Shown here piece after piece: positions 54,008-64,000 of a DNA stretch of 64,000 bases. Source of the DNA: the human T2T-CHM13v2.0 reference genome, Homo sapiens; the NCBI RefSeq assembly GCF_009914755.1, contig NC_060926.1. The stretch is one strand, 5' to 3'. The notes beneath the pieces are model-generated. The model had not been told where the DNA came from. It made no database searches and saw nothing but the letters and a program-made list of their open reading frames with translations. A program made the translations under genes and the position numbers. Every line of letters starts with the position of its first letter. Within the stretch, counting starts at the first letter, position 1.

Positions 54008-56005
54008 TCAATTACACTCTTAAGCTATTTATCAAACTGATCTGAAAACATGCACGCAGACATTTATAACAGCTTTAGTCATAATTGCCAAAAACTAGAA
54101 GTAACTGAGATATCTTCTAATATTTCAATTGGTGAGTAGACTGTGGTCTATCCATACAATAGGATTACTATTCAGTGATAAAAAGAAACAAGCTATTAAT
54201 TCACACAAAAATATGGATGAATGAAAGAAGACAGACCCGAAAGACCACATATTGTGTGACTCAATTCATATGACATTCTGTAAAAGGCAAGGTTACCAAA
54301 GATAGAAACATATCAGTGGTTGGTAAGGTTTGGGAAGGAGATAGCATTCAACTAGAGAAGTATAGAGGATTTTTAAGGTGATGAAAAAATACGCATGGTA
54401 CTGCAGTAATAAGACAATATGCATCTTTCAAAACCAATAGAACTTTACGGCCTGAAGAATGAAATCTTAATATACGCAACAACAAAAAATCAGCCAAGAG
54501 TTAGGGAATCCCAGGATGAAATGCACTGTAACAAAAATGGTAAAAACCTAAATTTAACTTCACTGAAGAAGTTTCCAACAAAAGTAACTTTGGAGAGCAG
54601 TTATTTGACTGGAAACTGTAAGGCTAAAGAGACAATGAGGGATGTGCATATAAACACTATACTCTAGTAGGTAAAGTTATGTCTCTCAGGGATATGAGTT
54701 AAAAATGCTGAAACTGCTTTACAAATATACTGGGGTTGAACAAATAAGTAAATGGATTGTCGAAGGCAGGAGTGACATTTCTCTCTGCTGGAGATGGAAG
54801 TTACAGATAAGCAAGGGAAAAATGGCTAGGAATCATCAGGTATAGGATTAGACTCTGTGACATAGTACGGACTCATGCTTAGATATTTAATATCGATATA
54901 AAAGGATATGAAAATAATTTTATGTATATATGTGTCTATATGCAGATTAGTATACATACATATATTTCATAGCTGTCCACTGAGAGAGTTTAGAAGCAAT
55001 GGAAGGCAGTAAGAGACTGTGCGTGGCCAAATCTGGATTTCTGATGCCATTCTTTAATAAAAGAAACCAGAGCTCTTCGGGTTTTAGGGAAGAGGTGGGA
55101 AGATACAAGAACCTCACAGAGCAACTTGCAGTGCCAGAAAGTTAAAGAAGTGCTCAGAAATAAAGGGTCAAAGAGACTAACCTGTAAGAGCTCCCAATAG
55201 CCAAAGCTGACACAATTTGAGAACCAAAATAATGTAGCACTGGGTTATAACCCAATACATTAAATTAATATCTATTAATGATTATATAAATAAATTGTTG
55301 ATTGAATGAAATAAATGAATGGAGGTAGAAGACATAGCACACAGATGATTCCAAGTAATTTTTGTAGATTCTCCCTCTCCAAGATGTGGGGCTTAATATT
55401 CTCTTTCCTACCCTCATTGAGTGTGGGCTGCTCTTTCAGAAAACAGTGTTTAGAAAGGTAGGCAGATGGGGTTGCTTTGTAGTGAAGAGACCTAGAAACA
55501 CTGTTTCCACCAGATGATTCAGTTTTACATCACTTTAAGCCACATTCATAATGTATTCCCTTGATATGATACAATGAGAATGACATTTGACCTCTGTGGT
55601 CTTCCTCCCCTAAATCCACAACCTAAGTCTAACCATGTGGAGGGGAATTCTAGAAAATAACCACTACTCAAAATTGTCAAGTTCATTAAAAATAAGAAAA
55701 GCCTGAGAAACTACCACTGTCCAGACGAGGCCGAGGAGACATGTCAACTGAATGGAACATGGTGTTCTAGATGGGATCCTGGAACAGGATCAAAGGACAT
55801 TAGGTAAAAACTAGGAATTTCCAAATAAATTTGGACTTAGTTAACTTAGTTAATAGGAATATAATTGGAATTGTTTCCTTAGTTGTGATAATTGTTCTGT
55901 AATTTGTTAAAAATAGGGGCAAGTAGGTGAGAAGTATACAAAAACTGCACAATTTTCACAACATTCTGGAAGCCTAAAGTTAATCTAAAATTAAAAGTTA
56001 AAGAA
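54008..56005 (+). mobile_element. L1MC/L1MD-type long 3'UTR
   Basis: catttataacagctttagtcataattgccaaaaactagaa..tatgacattctgtaaaaggcaa..gttacagataagcaaggg..gatgggatcctggaacag..ctaaagttaatctaaaattaaaagtt. Confidence 0.8.
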
Positions 56006-56286
56006 ATATTACTCATGATGACAGTGTGGGGTGAGTTACCCACACTTCTATGAAATAATGTGAAGAATGGGAAGATGGAGAAGGCAGTAGGCAGAGGTCC
56101 CTGTAGGGTCCTGAATGCTATCTGAGTGTGGAATTTATTATGGCTTTGCTAAAGATTGATGTGAGGGGGCAGATACTTGTAGGGACCTGTCACTCATGTA
56201 GTCATCCAAATGAGAATTCCTTATCCAAATCCACATTTGTAGAGTGAGATGAACAGAAGAGACATAACCTAGTGACCAAATGATTA

Positions 56287-59425
<3,139 letters not shown>

Positions 59426-60331
59426 ACAATGAGATCACATGGACACAGGAAGGGGAACATCACACTCTGGGGACTGTTGTGGGTTGGGGGCAGGGGGGAG
59501 GGATAGCATTGGGAGATATTCCTAATGCTAGATGACAAGTTAGTGTGGTGCAGCGCACCAGCATGACACATGTATACATATGTAACTAACCTGCACAATG
59601 TGCACATGTACCGTAAAACTTAAAGTATAATAATAAAAGAAAAAAAACTTAAAAAAAAAAAAAAAAAGAAAGTGGTGTTCTTCCTGAGCCAGAGGCCACA
59701 GGGGAGCCAATATAAAAATTCGATTTCAAAACACCTTGTTAGAACTGGGGATGAGAAAGCTAAGAGAACATTTTCAGTTTTCAGAAGGCAACCAGAAGTG
59801 AAAACATGCTGTCTTTCATGCTTCTTGCCTATACATCTCCCTTCCATTCATGCACCCAGAGTCCATGTCTACCCAGTCTCTATCTCCTCTCTTTTGAAGT
59901 GTGCCCTCAGCTAGATATTAAGTTTGAAAATCTTGATAAATTATTTCTTGTTAAGGGAGGAAATGGTGCAATGTATTAATAGTATTGTTTGAAACATATT
60001 TAACTTTAAACAAATAAAATAGCCAGATAGGAATAAGGAAGAAGCTGGGAGTGAATGGGGGTGAAATCCCTAGGTTGGTGCTGAGCAGCAGGAGAGCTGT
60101 GTATTTCCTACCTGAGGCTGTGATGAAGACGTCTCCTTAGGACAGAAATTTCACTCTCAAAGTAGAAGTCTAAATGTGAAAGGACCCAACTGCTGCTCAG
60201 AAACAGGAAATTCAGTCAGCTAGAGTAGTAGAATGAGCAAAAGAAAAAGGTCTTAAATACGTCTGATGAAAGCCCTACTGGGGGAAAAAAAAAAGAAAAC
60301 CTAAATGTAATTAGGTTTTAAAAAATATTTT

Positions 60332-60610
60332 GCATGCATTCATCTCACAAACATTTGTTGTGCACCCTGTAAATATGTCATGCTCCATTTTAGGATGTTT
60401 GGTATGACAGTGAGTTGGACAGATACAGTTCCTTCTGTGATAAGAGCTTAAATTCTAGTGGCATGACAGAGATAATATACAAGTAAATAATAATAATAAG
60501 TTCTGGTTTTGAAAGTTCTCTGAAGAAATTATCAGGGTGATTATCTGAGCTAAAACCCGACAGATAAGAACAAAGCAGCTATTCAAACAAAAGGGGCAAA
60601 AAGCATACAG
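60332..60610 (-). mobile_element. L2 3' end
   Basis: gcattcatctcacaaacatttgttgtgcacc..acagtgagttggacagatacagttccttctg..gagcttaaattctagtgg. Confidence 0.7.
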
Positions 60611-60770
60611 TTGTTTCATTCAATACTTTGGCCAGAGACAGAATGACCTTATTTAAGCCTTATAACTTATATTATTACATGAAATGCCCCCAAAATGTAA
60701 GCATTGTGGCTACTTCCATTTTATGCATTTGGAAAATGGGAGTTAAACATTAAGTAACTTGCACACTACT

Positions 60771-61163
60771 TGCTATGGGCTGAAGTCCTAACCCCAATGC
60801 CTCAGAATGGGACTGCATTTGGAGACAGGATCTTTAAAGGGGTGATTAAGTTAAAATGAGTTCATTAAGATGGGCCCGAATCTAATCTGACTGGTCTCCT
60901 GATAAGAAGAGGGAATTTGAAGTACAGAGTCTAACCACAAAGAAGCATGAGGGATATGCATACATGGAGAGAAGACCAAGTGGGGACACAGTGAAAAAGT
61001 GGCCATCTGCAAGCCAAGAAGAGAGGCCTCAGGAGAAACTCACCCTGCCTAATCCTTGCTTTTGGACTTCCAGCCTCTACACCTGTGAGAAAATACATTT
61101 CAGTTTTTTAAGCCACCCAGTTCGTGTTGTTTTGTTACATGGCAGTCCTAGTAAACTGATATA
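60771..61163 (+). mobile_element. MLT1A/B-type MaLR solo LTR inserted in a MIR
   Basis: tgctatgggctgaa..tttggagacaggatctttaaaggggtgattaagttaaaatgag..ggccatctgcaagccaag..ttggacttccagcctc..tttaagccacccagt..ggcagtcctagtaaactgatata; 5-bp TSD CTACT (60766-70 / 61164-68). Confidence 0.9.
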
Positions 61164-61191
61164 CTACTTAACATGGTGACATAGGAACTAG

Positions 61192-61756
<565 letters not shown>

Positions 61757-61774
61757 TGAGTCAGGAACAAGTAT

Positions 61775-61995
61775 ATTAGTTGGGGTGAGGAGGTGAGCTC
61801 TGGAGTGGGATTTCTTGGAGTCAAATCCAGGTTCTCCTACTTACTAGCTGTATTATCATGGGGAATTTGTTTCTAAATTTCCTTAATTTCTCATCTGTAA
61901 ACCAGCTCACAGGGTGGGCATGACATTTATGAACAGGTGTAAAACACAATCAGAATGATATCTGATTAACTGTAAACACTCAATACATATTATGT
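61775..61995 (+). mobile_element. MIR
   Basis: gagctctggagt..gagtcaaatccaggttctcctacttactagctgt..tttctcatctgtaaa..gtaaacactcaataca. Confidence 0.7.
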
Positions 61996-64000
61996 AATGG
62001 CATTTATGAAGCAACTACCCGTACCTATTCATGGAACCAGGGATGAGGATGGGGGTTGTTTTGTTTTGTTCACTTCTGTATCTTCAGGACCTAGTAGGTC
62101 ATGAAGAAATAACTGCTGAAGTATTCCTATGTAAACTCCGTTGAGAGACCATTTAGAAAATATATTTTTTAAAATGGGGCCTAAAAATGAGGAGGGTCTG
62201 GGAAAGACAACAGGCGGTGGTTCAGTAGTCCCCACCCTCTTGTTACCATGGTATCTATTTTCCCTTGTTCTAAAATCCCACCTGGAGCCACACATTGTGG
62301 GGCTCTGGCTGTGGTTGCCGGTGGTGCCCTGGCTAAATAGAGAAGGCTGTAGGGAGAGTGATCTCAACATGTATCATAAGCCTGTGTCCTAGGCAACAGA
62401 CTTTTCTCCTGTGATCTGTCTTTCCTGGGAAATGAGAAAGAAACAAAGCAGTGAAGCCTGCAAAGGCCATAAGGAGGCTATCAACTTTTCTATATTATCC
62501 GTTCAGGCAAAGAACATTCTTTCCAGCAAAGACAGCTTCCGCAATTTCACAAAGCTTTACTATCACAGACTGAGCACCCTTTGGGGGTAGATATAACACT
62601 ATCTCTTAGACCATGGAGCCATCTGAAGAGACAAAAAAAAAAAAAAAATTCTTCAGACCAAAGGGACATGCTAGCTAATTGCTGAAACCCTGGGAGAGCC
62701 GGCGAGTGGATGCACTGTTTGAGGTCTGACAAGTGTTTCATAGGAGTTGGTGCTGCGGGTAAAGAAATCTTGATCACCTTGAGAAAGTGCTGCTGCCAAA
62801 AATGTTCTTGTTCTCTGATGATTAACAGGGTTATTATGTATCCCTTTTGTGATTACCCTTGAATATGTGACAAGGATCCTTTGTCATCAGTAGAAACACT
62901 GTTTTTACATTCCAGTGAGAACAGAAGAAAGGTTTAATTACCATCCATGGCATCTGCTTATTTGAGCTGTCTTATGAATAATCACATAGACCAATATATC
63001 CAGATGGCCAGGCTATCTTCCTTCCCCTGCCTTTCTCTTCCTTTCTCACAATGAAAGGCATTTTGCTTTATATCCAGAAAAGTCACTTATTGAAAGATGG
63101 TTGAGGATGTGGATCCAAATGCCTGGTATAATATGGAAAAATAAATCCCAGTAACAGGAGAACATGCAATAGTCATGCAGATCAACTGGTAGACATTTGC
63201 CTTATGAATAATTAAGTAGCTTTTTGACTTGGGGCAAAATCATCCCTCTTCCACAAACTAAATACTTTGTTTACCCATGTGCACATTAGAGATAGGAGGG
63301 GGTCTGATTTAGTTATTGAAAAATTACATGTCATATAAAGTAATTTGCAGATAGCTCCTCCTTTGGGACTCAAATTACCAAAACAGGTACAAAAGTTTCA
63401 GTAATTTATATTAATACAGAAGAACGTATCTTGAGCTGTTGTCTAAATAGCACACAGGTCAAAACACGTTATTTGGTGCCCTTCTCAAAAGGAGAAGGGG
63501 TTTTCCATGATTAAATATGTTTAGTAGCCATTGCATACTATATATCTCCTACAGATTCACAATAAGACCCAGACATTTTAGAGTAATTGGTTTAAACCTT
63601 CTCAATATATGTCCATAAACTTTTTGACCTTGGAACAATTTTTATTGTTTTTATGAAAGTCCTGCCAAATGCTGGCTTTGTGGCGATCATTCAGGAAAAA
63701 CTGCCTTGCTTACTTAAGCTTACTTCTATAGACCCCCAAGATGTACTTTTCTTTATCATGGCACATTTCAAACCTAATTATTTGGAAATATACTTTCCTC
63801 CTTTCGATCAACATTCTGCATTCCAAACCAGTCACAGGGCTGAGGGCATCAATGCATCTACCCAAATGGTCTAGGGGAATTAGCCTCCCTTCTAGCCAGA
63901 GAGGTATTTTATGGCTTCCAAAGTAATAAAGTGGCCTATTCTCAATGCAGCACCAATAACAGCAGTTGCTTCCCACATAGACTAAAGATTAAAAACAGGA

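Overview
This is AT-rich primate (human-like) genomic DNA, intronic or intergenic in character. The primate call rests on Alu, THE1/MST and L1PA elements; the species cannot be fixed from the sequence alone. I see no supportable host protein-coding gene, RNA gene or CRISPR array. All long ORFs in the track are LINE-1 ORF1/ORF2 remnants, or translations of Alu, MaLR or microsatellite sequence. Roughly half the window is interspersed repeats: L1s of many ages, L2/MIR relics, MaLR/ERVL LTRs and eight Alu-family elements. I found no convincing previously undescribed biological system. What stands out is a dense record of retrotransposition and DNA-repair events: three twin-priming 5'-inverted L1s of different ages, two junctions with templated inserts, a tail-less Alu with a perfect TSD, a ~49-unit GAA/TTC tract grown from an L1 ORF2 codon run, a dispersed ~70-bp duplication, and one candidate homeodomain/Sox/octamer enhancer. 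Subfamily names come from remembered consensus features, not a database search, and boundaries of old elements are approximate.
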